Below are positions 43,571 through 58,352 of a DNA stretch of 64,000 nucleotides, one piece after another (the first letter of the stretch is position 1; the number at the start of each line of letters is the position of its first letter). The notes under the pieces are model-generated. The model did not search any database. It had not been told where the DNA came from and saw nothing but the letters and a program-made list of their open reading frames with translations. The position numbers and the translations under genes are program-made. This DNA is from Eledone cirrhosa (Eukaryota). The stretch spans positions 181,908,001 to 181,972,000 of the forward strand of contig OZ024743.1 of the NCBI GenBank assembly GCA_964016885.1, read 5' to 3'.

Positions 43571-44170
43571 AGAGAAGGGTCCCTGTTTAAAATATTACTG
43601 GCACACATGGAATAAATAATGCGTTTTCTCTTACCAATACTAAGAATTTTCTTAAACCTATCAGCAACTGATGCAGCCGGTAGATAGTACCAGCAATGAA
43701 AAAATCAATGGAAACATTGTTTCCTTGGTCCGACTTGACGAGTTTCCCCCACCACACTCCTTAAGCAAGTGAGATCTAAGATCTTATCGATTGATGTCCG
43801 ATTCATACATCGATCACTGGAAGATTGTTCAAAGTATAAGGACATGTGTGACTTGTAGATGGTGAAACAACCGACTATGTATTGAAGCATGTGAAATTCA
43901 CGTAAATATCACGTGAGTTTATCTTGATCCAGCTCTTTGTAAAGCATTTTTAATATTCATGAGTGGCGGCGAGATACTGGAAACATGGCACTGTTATCTT
44001 ACTTCTTTTCTATCTGACAGTAAACAAAATTAACTGATACATCTAATGTATAAGTTAAACATTAGATGATATAGTCTTAGATACAGTGTATTCATATATA
44101 TACGTGTGTGTGCGAGAGAGAGAGAGAGAGTGGGTTTGTGTGCGCGCACGCGAATGTGTGTGCGTGTGTG

Positions 44171-44690
44171 TGAGGTTGCTCTCGAGTGCTACTGGTAACA
44201 GATAACCCAGTACATGTGCATGGTCGGGTCGTCGGCGACTAAACCTCACCAAGCAAGCTGATTTTGGACACCCTGCGAGATGAAAAACAAAGCCCGTCAA
44301 ATGGCGGAGGAACTCAAGAGAGTCAACGGCCATCTAATAAAGTGGTTTTTTTTATGATCGAGAGATTCCTAGTCTTCATTAAGACATTTCTCTAGGAGAA
44401 GGTCACTCTGATATAAAACCTGCGACTTCGTTTACATCCAATGATGTAGACCAGTTCTTCTTTTTGAGTAAATGCATTCGATGTTTAGAGAGTGGGATTG
44501 GCCCCATGCAAAGCCTTTCCTCACTTAAAAAAGATTCAAGCACAAGCATCGATTGATACGTGACATTTTTTATGATGCATGGCATTGCTGGCCATAGGCA
44601 AGTCCTTAGCAGGACCAAAAAGCCACGTCCGTGATGCTCATGCTTAAGTATCATGCGGCAGCATTACTCGAAATCGAGTTGCAGCCATCA
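44171..44690 (+). mobile_element. Bipartite non-autonomous RTE derivative (5' region plus 3' end)
   Basis: 5' part matches the reverse complement of 61214-61485; 3' part encodes the KSLAG.KSHVR remnant and the tail tactcgaaatcgagttgcagccatc, as in the RTE at 61580-64000. Confidence 0.7.
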
Positions 44691-44719
44691 TATATATATT
44701 GAAAATATATTGAAATATG

Positions 44720-44940
44720 TTGAAACAGCAAGAGCTCAGACATCTGGCCCCGAATCTTTCTAATACACACACACACACATATGTATGTGTGTGTGTGTGC
44801 GTGTGTGTGTGTGTTTGCGGGTATTAGAAAGAGTCTTGCTGTTTCAACGGCAAGAGCTCAGCCGTCGGGCCCCGACTCTTTCTAATATAGTCATACTCTA
44901 CTATCCAAAGTATCGAACACTCTGTTGGGTAATTGTCTAA

Positions 44941-44944
<4 letters not shown>
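44720..44944 (+). mobile_element. Decayed relative of the 36039 element
   Basis: gagctcagccgtcggg motif; tail hairpin remnant at 44895-44918 before (TA)n. Confidence 0.55.
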
Positions 44945-44991
<47 letters not shown>

Positions 44992-45000
44992 TTATTTATT

Positions 45001-45042
<42 letters not shown>

Positions 45043-45997
45043 ATTTATATTTTCACTGAGTTTAACTCTAGAATAGTATTGATTGCGTAGAATACTGATG
45101 AAACAGGTCTGAACTTTCACCTGCTCAGGCCCTAAGCTATATGGAATTTGTGGCCCTTCTCTAAAGACACCGGGTAAAAAGATTTTTAATAATTTTTAAA
45201 ATGAGGTCCCCGAGCGTGTATGACCCTCAGTTATAATTTAACTAGCTTATAGGTAAGTCCAGCACTGTGGTGGAAGGTGTTATAGCTTGCCTTTATTAAA
45301 GGCATAATGTTCCAACGACTAAATTATTCTGAATAAACATTCCTGTAGAGAGTGATTTGTCGGAGGTTTTTGCTGTTATTTGTAGTAGATCGAGTGACTT
45401 TATAGAAATTCTTTCTTTGACTCTTTTTCTCCCTCCTTGATTTGTTAAGAGGCATGTTTTAACATCAGTTGATGAAAGGTTTAAGAAAATTCTTAGTATT
45501 GGTAAGAGCAAACGCATTATTTATTCTAAGTGTGTCAGCAATATTTTAAACAGGGACCTATTCAGAGCCCAATTTTCAGTTTAATTACTTACGCTGATAC
45601 TCTGATAAAGATTGTTTTTGACATTTCTGAATGTCATATTCGCATTTCAGAAAGCAAATATGACAACTTAGTTTCTTTGACATTCACAGCTATGCTAGCC
45701 GAATTTTAAATTCAATCATGCTCTCATCAAGACCTGATCACGCGGAAATCCAAACGATTTCATACAAGAAATCAGATTGGTAGTCATTTACAAACTAGAC
45801 CATCATTATCTCGTAGATCTTTCTAACACAAACAATCCAAAGAGATTCTTTAGATGTTAATATGCAGATTGTGAGGGTGGTGATTTGTCAGTCTTTAGGA
45901 CGTCATATAAAATGCAGTGTGGTATTCGTTTCGACGCTCTGCTCTCTGAGTTCAAATCCTACAGAGGCCCACTTTCCCGTTCCTCCTTTCGATGTCA

Positions 45998-46070
<73 letters not shown>

Positions 46071-46117
46071 CAGTATATATATATATATATACAAAATCAC
46101 TGTTATATATATATATA

Positions 46118-46327
46118 TAAAAATAACAGATTAAAGTTTAAGCCAAGAATCGCTGCTTTCACCCTTAACGGGATCTTCTGAAACTCTGTTAAGGGTGAAA
46201 GCAGCGATTCTTTGCTTAAACTTTAATCTGTTATTTTAATAAATATTTGCTCTACGGTTCTTATATATTTGATATATATTTATCCTTATCCTCTTTGGAT
46301 TTTAGTCTTCAAATTTATTATTATTAC
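46118..46327. mobile_element. Fold-back element with degenerate hammerhead
   Basis: Arms 46118-46172 and 46185-46238; minus strand gagttt-CAGAAGA-tccc..gggt-GAAA-gc..gc-TT-aaactt. Confidence 0.65.
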
Positions 46328-46409
<82 letters not shown>

Positions 46410-46471
46410 TGCTTCTCTGAGTAAGATATCTTAACGATCTTTTTACATGTATATTTGTGACGAATTTTAAT

Positions 46472-46532
<61 letters not shown>

Positions 46533-46818
46533 AAGCTATTTTAAAACACTCCATGGCGTAAATAATTAATAACCACAATGAAGTGTTAAGAGAATAAACT
46601 TGTAAACAAAGTGAACAATGAGAAATCTAATCCAAATATAACAACTTTAATTAAAGAAATATACTGACAGATGTTAGAACTAAGTTGATATGTAGTGACA
46701 TCATTGTAGTAGAATGTTAACAGTGTGAATATAGACCATATACTGGAACAATGGACTGAATAGAGTGTAGTGAAGTTGACCGACACACTCATACATACAC
46801 ATACGCGCGCGTCACGCG

Positions 46819-48090
<1,272 letters not shown>

Positions 48091-48142
48091 ATATATATAT
48101 ATATACAAATATTAATAAAATAGATGTTCTTTTGATCAATTA

Positions 48143-48197
48143 CATTTTATTATACATATTTCGGAGGTACAACAGTACTTCCTCATCAGACAAAATA
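48143..48197 (-). ncRNA. Type I hammerhead ribozyme within fold-back 48106-48284
   Basis: tattttgt-CTGATGA-ggaagtac(tgtt)gtacctcc-GAAA-tatgta-TA-ataaaatg. Confidence 0.85.
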
Positions 48198-48312
48198 TAA
48201 TGATACATGACATACCCTGAGATGTTAAAAATATGTATAATAAAATGTAATTGATCAAAAGAACATCTATTTTATTAATATTTGGTTTTTAATATTAATA
48301 ACTCTGGAAAAT

Positions 48313-48354
<42 letters not shown>

Positions 48355-49456
48355 TATATATAAGGGAACAAAGAATCAGTGTTGCATCATATACATATTT
48401 AATTATATATTTCATATGTTTCACTGTCGGTCAGCTCGATGAACGATCTATTAATGATCAAACCTGACTCTGAAATCGGAAGCTCCTCAGATATGTTTGA
48501 ACATGTAGACTCGCGTCAGTGAGTGAACGCTGGGTTGGATTATACACCCAACTCTTGAATGAGGTAAAGGTCCGTATCGTGAACGTGTGTCTGTACACAC
48601 ATACACACATACACACACACACACATATCCATATATGTTATATATATATATATATAAGTGTACACATATCTGTGGAATACTCAGCCACTTACACGTTAAT
48701 TTCATGAGCAGGTTGTTCTGTTGACTCAATAACTGGAACACTCATCACTGAGTCTCCCTGAGAATTACGTTAAGGGTCCACATGTCTGTGGAATGCTTAG
48801 CTAGTTAATCGTTGATCTCGAACAGATTTTTTTACGCTACTTGAACACTCATCGTACAGGAACACTCATCGTCGAAACCGGTGAAGGCCCATACCATCGT
48901 TTTTGTAACTACAATTTTTACTCCACAAACATCGTAGAAATTAATTGAAAAAAGGTCACAACTCATATTCCTCCAAGGTCGACTTGGATCTTCAAAGAAA
49001 TTTTAAATTAAAATATCTAAAAATACAATATAACAGATAAAATTGTCCCAAGAAATTCAAAGACAAAACTTGCCAAATATAACGGTTTAACCTTGATATA
49101 TATATATATTTATCTTTTTAAATGTGACATACTCTCGGTAATTTTTAGGTTGTCTCCTTTGACTTTTTGAAAACCATCGTTTAGTTTACATACTGAGACC
49201 CCAACATATCCTATTTGTTTTATAACGTATGGGATTTCTAATAATATACTTTTTTTTCATATATATAGTGGGGTTTTTTTTTTAATGTATAAAGAAAATT
49301 AATCAATTAAAATAGATAGACTAGCTAAATTTTATAAGCGGATGGGTTGGAAAAAAGTTGAAAAATGAATAAGCGGATGGGAGTCCGCATAATGCCGCCA
49401 ATGTACGTATATCTCCGTATATTGGTAGAACGATACTCTTCCCTACTACTTTTGTT

Positions 49457-49870
49457 ACCAGGTTGAAAAGACTGAAGACAGACATTTTTCTCTTCAGCCA
49501 ATTTCTCATTGACTTTTTCAAGTTTCACTTGGAAAAGGAAGTTGAGGGTGGAGAGAGAAGTGCTGCTCCACAGCAAATTTAAGCTAAAAGTGGTTAAATA
49601 TTGTGAGAATGGCCCGTGTGAATGCGCTGGCTCTGAGCATGCGCGTGTAGGTTGGTTAATTTGAGGGGGATAGGGGTGCCTGTCTTGGGTACCCTCGAAG
49701 CGTCGGGTGGTTCAGGATTGGTGGGGTACATGAGTCACCCCCAGGATGGTTATCCTTCTATTAGGGAATATTGATTGTTGTATTTTTCTTGTTTATTGTT
49801 ATTGTTATTTTCGATTTTTACTCGTTTTTATTGTAAACCCCCACTGTCCCTGTCTTTATATTGTCACCTG
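49457..49870 (+). mobile_element. 3' fragment of a related Tx1 LINE
   Basis: TRLKRLKTDIFLFSQ..RMARVN aligns with the ORF2 end at 12788-12961; similar 3' UTR. Confidence 0.8.
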
Positions 49871-49876
49871 TATGTT

Positions 49877-50285
49877 GGCTGGATTTACAGTATCGGTAGA
49901 GCGTTAGACTCTATGCTTTGCAGCATAGAGTTATGGACCTTTATGTTCTGAGCTCAAATCCCGCCGAGGTTAACTTTGCCTTTCATCCTTACGGGGTCGG
50001 TAAAATAAAGTACCAGTAATGCACTGGGGTTGATTTAATCGTCTTTCCCCTCTCTCCAAATTGCTGGTCTTGTGCCTATATTAGAAATCATTATTTGGCA
50101 GTATCGGTAGAGGGTCGGACGCCATGCTTTCCAGCATAGTTACGTCCCTTTACGATCTGAGTTCAAATCCCGCCGAGGTTAACTTTGCCTTTCATCCTTA
50201 CGGGGTCGATAAAATAAAGTACCAGTAATGTACTGGGTAATTGATGGCCTTGTGCCTAAAGTAGAAACAATTATTATTATTATTA
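49877..50285 (+). mobile_element. Two tandem tRNA-derived SINEs (49877-50095 and 50096-50285)
   Basis: A/B boxes, body and ATT tails. Confidence 0.85.
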
Positions 50286-51149
50286 ACAGAGGTTGTGTAT
50301 TTGCCTGTCATCATTCTGATGTTGATGAAGTTATTAAGAGTTAATTACGAGTTAATTATAATTATACTTCTTTTTCTTTTCATAAAATTGATTAACAAAA
50401 CAAAAATGTTAATTAAAAAGAAATATCTTCCTAATCTAAAAGTTAAAATTGTTTAAATATTGATTTAATTCAAAATGTGAAGTTTAAAGTTGGCTAATTT
50501 CGTGGCCTTCGATGATATGTTGTGTAAACAAGACAGAATATTTACGATCAAATTTTAACAGTTTTAAACGAACGTGATTAATTTTTTAATTACGTGGAGG
50601 TAGCGGTAGCTGTAGAGTCTCTGATATGGGTGGGGAGTGTGTTTGTGTTTGGGTGAGTTTCTATGTGTGTGCTTTTGTGTTTAGAGAAGACGGGGAGACA
50701 GAGAGGGGGGGGGGAGAAAGAGAGAGAGAGAGAGAATGAGAGAGAGAGAGAGAGAGAGAGAAGAAGAAGAAGAAGAAGAAGTTGTTGTTGCTACTAGTGG
50801 TGGTGGTGCAATTTTTGGTGGTGGTAATGTTGCTGCTGCTGATGCTAGTTTTGCTGTCGCTTTTGTTAGTGGTGACACTGCTACTCAGGTTTGTGCTTCT
50901 ATTGTTGTTGTTCGCTGTAGAGGCTGTTGGGTCCTACTTTTGGTTGCAAGGGGCCCGTGTAGTTCCCTGTCTTCTGTTGGGAACAGAAAGTTCTCAGGCG
51001 GCCTGTCAGTTCACATAGCAATAAGGTCTGAAATCTTATCGATCTTGTCTGGTTTGATGTGGAGGAGCACATCCACACTGATACCCTTCCAGTTCCCCGC
51101 TGGATTCTTTTCCACTCAAAGAGGGTGTCACTGCGCTCCAGGACCACGT

Positions 51150-51848
51150 GTATAAAATATACAAAACATACAAAATATACAAAAATATATAAAGCATAAA
51201 ATATACAAAATATATCAAATATACGCAATATATATAATAAGATATATAAAATATACACAATATATACAATATATAAGATATATAAAATATACACAATATA
51301 TACAATATATAAGATATATAAAATATACGCAATATATTCAATATATAAGATATATAAAATATACACAATATACATAATATATACAATATACACAATATAT
51401 ACAATATATAAGATATACACAATATATACAATATATAAAATATACACAATATACACAATATATACAATATACACAATATATACAATATATAAAATATACA
51501 CAATATACACAATATATAAAATATATAAAATATACACAATATATAAAATATACACAATATATAAAATATACAATATATACAATATATGAAATATATAAAA
51601 TATATACAATATATAAAATATATAAAATATATAAAATATATAAAATTTACACAATATATACAATATATAAGATATATAAGATATATAAAATATACACAAT
51701 ATACACAATATATACAATACATAAAATATATAAAATATATAAAATATATAAAATATACACAATATATAAAATATATAAAATATATAAAATATACACAATA
51801 CATAAAATATATAAAATATATAAAATATACACAATACATAAAATATAT
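51150..51848. repeat. AT-rich 9-bp minisatellite (aaatatata/caatataca); resumes at 55176-55330
   Basis: Direct reading; source of the YIF/KYI ORFs. Confidence 0.9.
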
Positions 51849-51852
51849 CTAT

Positions 51853-53319
51853 CTAAGGCGGGTAAAATTCCCGAGATCCATGGACGAGTTCTCTCCAGCG
51901 GTCTCTGTCCCTCATTATCGCTGCCATATCCTGCATCTCCAACAGACCAGTGTCTGTCCTTAGGGCATCAACATATGTTAACCTTGGTCTTCCTCTTCTA
52001 GTGTGTCCATGTAGGGGCTCCCAAAGGAGCACTGAGTGCAATGTCAACTCTGGATGTCGGTGAGCATGTCCAGCCAACCTCAGTCTCCTCTGTGTCACTT
52101 TTGAGCTGACTTTTGGGACGCTCCCATACAGCTCTGAGTTTTTCATCCTCAGTGTATACTGATTAATGTTCAGAGCCATCCTCAGCATTCTCGTGTAGCA
52201 CCCATCCACCATCTGAGTGAGTCTCTTGGTCAGTGTCCAAGTCTCAGACCCATACAGCAGCACAGACTCCACTACAGCAATGAAGAGGCGGATTTTCAGG
52301 TCTCTACGAAGGTCCGACTTCCACACCGATCTCAAGCTGTGACACGCCGCCCAGGCCTTGCTCTTCCTCCCAACCACATCATCCTCCGTATTCCCAATCT
52401 TTGCTCCCAAATACAGGAAGTCCTCAACCAATTCCAGCGGCTTCCCGCCTACATTAGTGATCCCCTCTGGCTTCTCAACATTCTCCACCATATATTTTGT
52501 TTTAGTCTCATTCATTCTCAGCCCCACACTCATCGACACAGTCTCAACCTCCCGCATCAAATCCTCTGCCTCCTTCACTGTATTTGTCACCAAAACTATG
52601 TCGTCGGCAAATTCAGCATCCGATACCTTTTTCGCCCCAACTCTCCTGCTCTGAGCCGGTGCTACAGTAAAGCCAGTGTCCTGGTATTTCTCCAGTGCAA
52701 GGCGCATACAATAGTCCACTACGATGATAAAAAGGTAGGGAGCCAATGTATCTCCCTGGAGCACTCCAGCCAGTATCTCAAAGAACTCTGTCATCCCATC
52801 AGGTGTAATGACTTGGGCTTTGGTGTTGGTGTAGAGCAGTGATATCAGGTCCACTATCCTCTTGGGGATTCCATAAGCCTGTAAGATCTTCATCAGGCAG
52901 TAACGGTCCACAGAATCAAAGGCCTTCCTAAAGTCAATGAAAACCATGACCGCAGGAAGGCACTTTGCTCTAGCTCCCTCTAATATCCTCCTCAGCATCA
53001 GGATGTGACTGGTGGTTGATCTACCCTCTCTGAAGCCGTTCTGGTTGTCCCTGAGCTTCTTCTCCATCTCAGGCTGGATCCTGTTAAGAATCATCCTGTT
53101 GAGGGTCTTTGCCACAAGTGACGTCAGTGAGATCCCCCGGTAGTTGTTGGTGTTAGAGAGATCTCCCTTCTTTGGCACTGGGACGATGTTACTGATCCTC
53201 CACTGATTCGGGGCAACTCCTTTCTCCAGTGCCCCGTTACAGAACACCAGGATGATATCATCAAAATCACACCTCTTCATCACCTCTGATGCCACTCCAT
53301 CCTCTCCATGAGCCTTGCC
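51853..53319 (-). CDS. RTE-clade LINE, RT half (3' segment)
   Basis: GKAHGEDG, YRGISL, NQNGFR, DFRKAFD, GVLQGD, FADD, YLG, LLYGSETW, RLRLAGH; no internal stops. Confidence 0.9.
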   Translation of the reverse strand, partial: GKAHGEDGVASEVMKRCDFDDIILVFCNGALEKGVAPNQWRISNIVPVPKKGDLSNTNNYRGISLTSLVAKTLNRMILNRIQPEMEKKLRDNQNGFREGRSTTSHILMLRRILEGARAKCLPAVMVFIDFRKAFDSVDRYCLMKILQAYGIPKRIVDLISLLYTNTKAQVITPDGMTEFFEILAGVLQGDTLAPYLFIIVVDYCMRLALEKYQDTGFTVAPAQSRRVGAKKVSDAEFADDIVLVTNTVKEAEDLMREVETVSMSVGLRMNETKTKYMVENVEKPEGITNVGGKPLELVEDFLYLGAKIGNTEDDVVGRKSKAWAACHSLRSVWKSDLRRDLKIRLFIAVVESVLLYGSETWTLTKRLTQMVDGCYTRMLRMALNINQYTLRMKNSELYGSVPKVSSKVTQRRLRLAGHAHRHPELTLHSVLLWEPLHGHTRRGRPRLTYVDALRTDTGLLEMQDMAAIMRDRDRWRELVHGSREFYPP

Positions 53320-53555
53320 ACTCCATCCTCTCCATGAGCCTTGTCCTGGGTATGACATTAAACTACATCCAGTGGCAAGGCTCCAGTTCGGGAGTTCAGG
53401 AGATGTGGGGAATGTGGAGTTACCCCTTAGTTGTCATGACTCCCAGGTCTGCCCTGTCCCGGGGTGGTAGTACCTATTAGGGCTCCATTTATGGGTTAAA
53501 TAACTACCTTATTCGAGTGGCGCCGGTAAGGTATTGTCAGCCATTGAAAAGAAAT

Positions 53556-55180
53556 ATGGAGAGTCGATCTAACAGCACTAGGGTTAGAGCCCCTAATTAC
53601 ACTGTCAAGGAGCAGCCTGGTCGTTATGACTCTGCTGGCTTAGAGCCACAGAGAGGGCCAGTGGATGATGGATCAGCTGTCTCTGAGACAAATATAAAGA
53701 ATGCAGTTTTGTCCTGCAGAAGAGCCATCAAAATGGGCACTTTGTATGTGAGGACTATTCGAACGCTGGAGAAGAGAGAGGAGTTGGGACATCTGTTCGA
53801 GGAGAGTGGTATACAGATACTTGCGATCCAAGAACACAGGATTCTACACGATGAGCCCGTGAGGAGTGTGATGATCGGGAGGAAGAGCCAGCTCATCACT
53901 ACATCGGCAGTGAAGAACACAACAAATGCTGCAGTAGGAGGAGTGGGTTTTGTGTTCAGTGCAAAAACCAATCTGTTGGTGAGGGAAATAATGCCTATCT
54001 CCCCGCGAGTGTTGAGGGTGACCTTCAATGGAAACCCAAGACTGACAGTCATCTCAGCCTATAGTCCAACCGAGGGGGACAGTGATGTGAATGCCGAGGA
54101 GTTCCATGAGGAGGTGTGTGGGGCTGTCAACACCACTCAGGCACACAATATCCTGCTTGTTTTGGGGGACTTCAATGCACATCTGAGTAAGGAGGGCAGT
54201 GAAGATCCTTGCTGGTACTTCCATAACAACACCAACCGAAATGGAAGACTACTGAGAGACACCCTGCTGGAGGCGAACTTGATGGCAACCAACCTAGGGT
54301 TTGGGAAGAATCTGGGGAAGATGTGGACCTACATCTCAGATATGCACCTGTCCAAGTCCCAGATTGATTTAATTCTGGTGAGGAAAAAGTGGCGGAATAG
54401 TGTTCTGAACACGGAACCATACAGCTATTTCAGTACACTGGGTAGTGACCACCGGCTTGTTATGAGTGAGGTCCGCGTGAGCTTAAGAAAGAGCAAGGCT
54501 CAGCCCCGGAGAACAATCTATGACCGGGGAGCTTTCAAGGAAGATGATAAGCTACAGGAGAGGTTCACAGTGGAAGTGAGAAACAGGTTTAGTGCTCTGT
54601 GTGGAGAGTCAGAGGAGAGAGAGATTGGATGGACTGAGGAGAGTGTGACGAGGAGGTACGGGCACTTCACCAATGCAGTGGCGAAAGCAAGTGAAACCCT
54701 GGTGCCGAGGAAAAAGAACAAAGGGAAGCACGTCAGCTCTGCAAACCCAAAAGTGTGTGCAGCCAGAGAACACCTGAAAGCTGCCAGGGACCAATTCTAT
54801 GCTGATCCTACGGAGGAGAGGATGGAGACTGTGGAGGTGATGAGGGAAGAGCTCTGTACCGCTTACACTGAGGTCAGAGAGGAGGCACTGATAGAGAAGA
54901 TCAGAAGTGTGGAGAGAGCGGTTGACAGATCTGGATGTAAGGAGAGCTGGATGATCATCAACGAGATCACAGGGAGGAAGAAAAGGTGTTCGAGTCAGAT
55001 CCAGGGAACGGGGCCCGAGGATAGGAAGAGGAAATGGCTAGACCATTTTAGGACCCTACTAGGAGAGCCACCCTCCACAGCCCAGAGCAGTGGGGAGATC
55101 AGGCGGCTGTTTGAGGAACTGGATGTTGAGACAGAGCCCTTCACCAGAGAGGAGCTTCAGAGAGCCAAGAAGAAGATAAA
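53556..55180 (+). CDS. RTE-clade LINE, AP endonuclease half (inverted 5' segment; 5' UTR 53342-53555)
   Basis: GTLYVRT, AIQEHR, AYSPT, GDFNAH, QIDLIL, SDHRLV; ends at EELQRAKKKIK, then runs into minisatellite. Confidence 0.9.
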
Positions 55181-55419
55181 ATATATAAAATATATAAAAT
55201 ATACACAATATACACAATATATAAAATATGTAAAATGTACACAATATATACATTATATACAATATATGCAATATATACAATATATAAAATATATAAAATT
55301 TACACAATATATAAAATATACACAATATACGTTATCCGTTCGTAAAGATTCAGCTGGCGTTCCATTGCTGAGATTAAAAACATTTCAAAGAAACAAAAGA
55401 CCTTTGATGTTTAGTTTGG

Positions 55420-55476
55420 TGTGTGTGTGTGTGATACTGTGTAAGAGAGGGTGTGAGTGTGTGATACAGAGAGAGA

Positions 55477-55539
<63 letters not shown>

Positions 55540-55790
55540 TGTGTGTGTGTCTGTGTGTGTGTGTGTGAGTGTGTGTGTGTGTGATAATGTGTGTGTGAGA
55601 GAGAGAGAGAGAGTGTGTGTGTGTATGTGAGTGTGTGAGAGAGAGAGTGTGTGTGTGAGTGAGTGTGAGTGTGTGTGTGTGTGAGAGAGAGAGAGAGAAA
55701 GTGTGTGTGTGACTGTATGAGTGTGTGTGAGGGTGTGCTTGTGTGAGAGTGTGTGTATGTGTGTGTGTGAGTGTGTGTGAGAGTGCGTAT
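55420..55790. repeat. (TG)/(GA) compound microsatellite
   Basis: Direct reading. Confidence 0.9.
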
Positions 55791-56140
55791 ATAGTATATA
55801 TAGCGTGGTATATAGCGTGGTATATAGTGTGGTATTGAGTGTATATAATGCACAGTTACAATGAAGACATTGGTACATTGAGCATGTGTATTGTATAGTC
55901 ACGTGTGTTAGTTGATATAAATAGATAATTAGATTAGATATAATTCTCACAGCTGAAAAAGAGTACCAGCAATAGCTGGAGGTTTAACCCAGCGATGGAC
56001 TGGTTTTCGGTCGAGAGTGAGGTGGAGTCGTGTACTTTCAGTTGCTTCATGTCGTGGAAACTGGTATAAATATCATCCTAACGAGCCTTCTGGTTTGAGA
56101 CAGACTTTTTTAACGTATGTATGTGTATACACACATATAA

Positions 56141-56213
<73 letters not shown>

Positions 56214-56242
56214 CACGCACGCACACATATATATATATATAT

Positions 56243-56417
56243 GAATAAAAATAGACAAGAATGTCCTTCATCAGTAGCCTGCTGATTATCATTAGTCTTT
56301 AATGCGAAGAAATACCAATGATAATCAGCAGACTACTGATGAAGGACATTCTTGTTTCTCGGTCTATTTGTATTCATATGTTCATATTCCCAACAACGCA
56401 GCACGCCATTTTTATTC

Positions 56418-56420
<3 letters not shown>
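56243..56420. mobile_element. Fold-back insert with the first hammerhead box only
   Basis: Arms 56243-56296 and 56314-56375; CTGATGA-a-ggaca at 56336 with no GAAA box. Confidence 0.55.
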
Positions 56421-56494
<74 letters not shown>

Positions 56495-56499
<5 letters not shown>

Positions 56500-56935
56500 A
56501 AATGAAGCAACGAAGTAAAGGACTCGCGTTAGTCCCTGTAATATAATGAGCTCAAGGAAATGTTTCCGGGCTCTACAAAATATATAGGAGAGAATACATG
56601 AAAAGAATGTTTTCATTACAGGGTGTATGTTACCACTAAAGTGGAAAACATAAAAACTGCGAAAGGTACGGGAAATACATTATAATTAAACAGATTAATT
56701 AAAATGGAAACCGTACCTTCATAACTATGACACCTGTACAGACTCATGGAGGGATTGTGATTTTTGCAGCATTTAGTGAAACAGTCCTTCCATGAGGCTA
56801 TACAGGTGTCATAGTTATGAAGGTACGCATTCCATTATAATTAATCTGTTTAATTATAATGTATTTCCCGTACCTTTTGCAGTTTTTATGTTTTTCACTC
56901 TAGTGGTAACATACACCCATATTCTTTTCATGTAT

Positions 56936-56942
<7 letters not shown>
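56495..56942. mobile_element. Fold-back element in (TA)n
   Basis: Arms at about 56589-56758 and 56781-56940; tail hairpin at 56550-56571(-). Confidence 0.7.
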
Positions 56943-57490
<548 letters not shown>

Positions 57491-57539
57491 TGCTATAGAC
57501 CCGACTCCAGGAAAATCAAAAATCACATTAAATCCTTGG

Positions 57540-57715
57540 GGCTGACATGGTTATAATGCTGTCCTATATCTAGTCCCTTTAAATCATAGGTCTCTTGAAG
57601 GGGACAGACATGGCTATGCTGTGATGTCATCCTATATCTAGTCCTTTGAAATTGTACTGCTCTTGAAGAGGACACACATGTCTATGCTGTTATGTCATCT
57701 TATATCTAGCCCCTT
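57540..57715. repeat. Three degenerate ~65-bp tandem repeats
   Basis: acatgg.tat..gctgt...tatatctag.ccctt recurs three times. Confidence 0.6.
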
Positions 57716-57929
57716 TGTTTTTCAGTTCAGTTTCCTTATTCTAATGACAAATACCAAGGAACTACATAATACTATTACTCATTTAGTCATTCATTTATTT
57801 ATTCATTCATTCATGTGATTCAGTGATTCAGTCAGCTTTTAACAGCTGTTAGTGTAATACCTGGTGTGTTACCTCTCTCTCTCCCCACCTTTCTTTCTCT
57901 CTATCTATCTATCTATATATAATATATAT

Positions 57930-58024
<95 letters not shown>

Positions 58025-58214
58025 CTTCTTCCTTTCTCCAAAGAAACCAAAGAAAACACAAGCCAAAAAAGGAGTTATCAGGCAGTTTCTCGACTTGCCA
58101 GAACTAACAGCTATTCAAACCTTGTCGCTTTTGCCACAAATCAAGACATTACCGTCCGTAATAATGAATCAGTTCTGAATGTAGCAGATTTCTTCCAAAG
58201 AAGGAAAAATAACG

Positions 58215-58352
58215 AGAGAATGGAAGTGAGAAAGAGATATAGAGGAAGATTCGACCCCAGTACTAAACTGGTACGTTTATATCGACCTCGAATGGATGAA
58301 AAGCAAAATTGATCTCGCCGGGATTTGAACTCAAACATTCCGCAAAACATTC
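58215..58352 (-). mobile_element. Degenerate SINE
   Basis: Reverse complement of the B box and body (ggatttgaactc, tatcgacc, gaccccagt). Confidence 0.7.

Noticed and set aside
43121-43615. 164-aa ORF
   Set aside because: Crosses a MITE end and a SINE; no recognisable motif
43812-43888. Possible hammerhead (CTGGAAGA...GAAAca..tgTA)
   Set aside because: Extra core base and unconvincing stems I and II
45094-45130. CTGATGA followed by a hairpin
   Set aside because: No GAAA box or stem III; likely a chance match
50930-51150. Possible LINE 3' remnant on the minus strand
   Set aside because: Only a vague EDREL similarity; unsupported
50899-51963. Long YIF/KYI-rich ORFs
   Set aside because: Translation of a 9-bp AT minisatellite
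55181-55568. C-terminal extension of the 683-aa ORF
   Set aside because: Read-through into minisatellite and (TG)n beyond the inversion breakpoint
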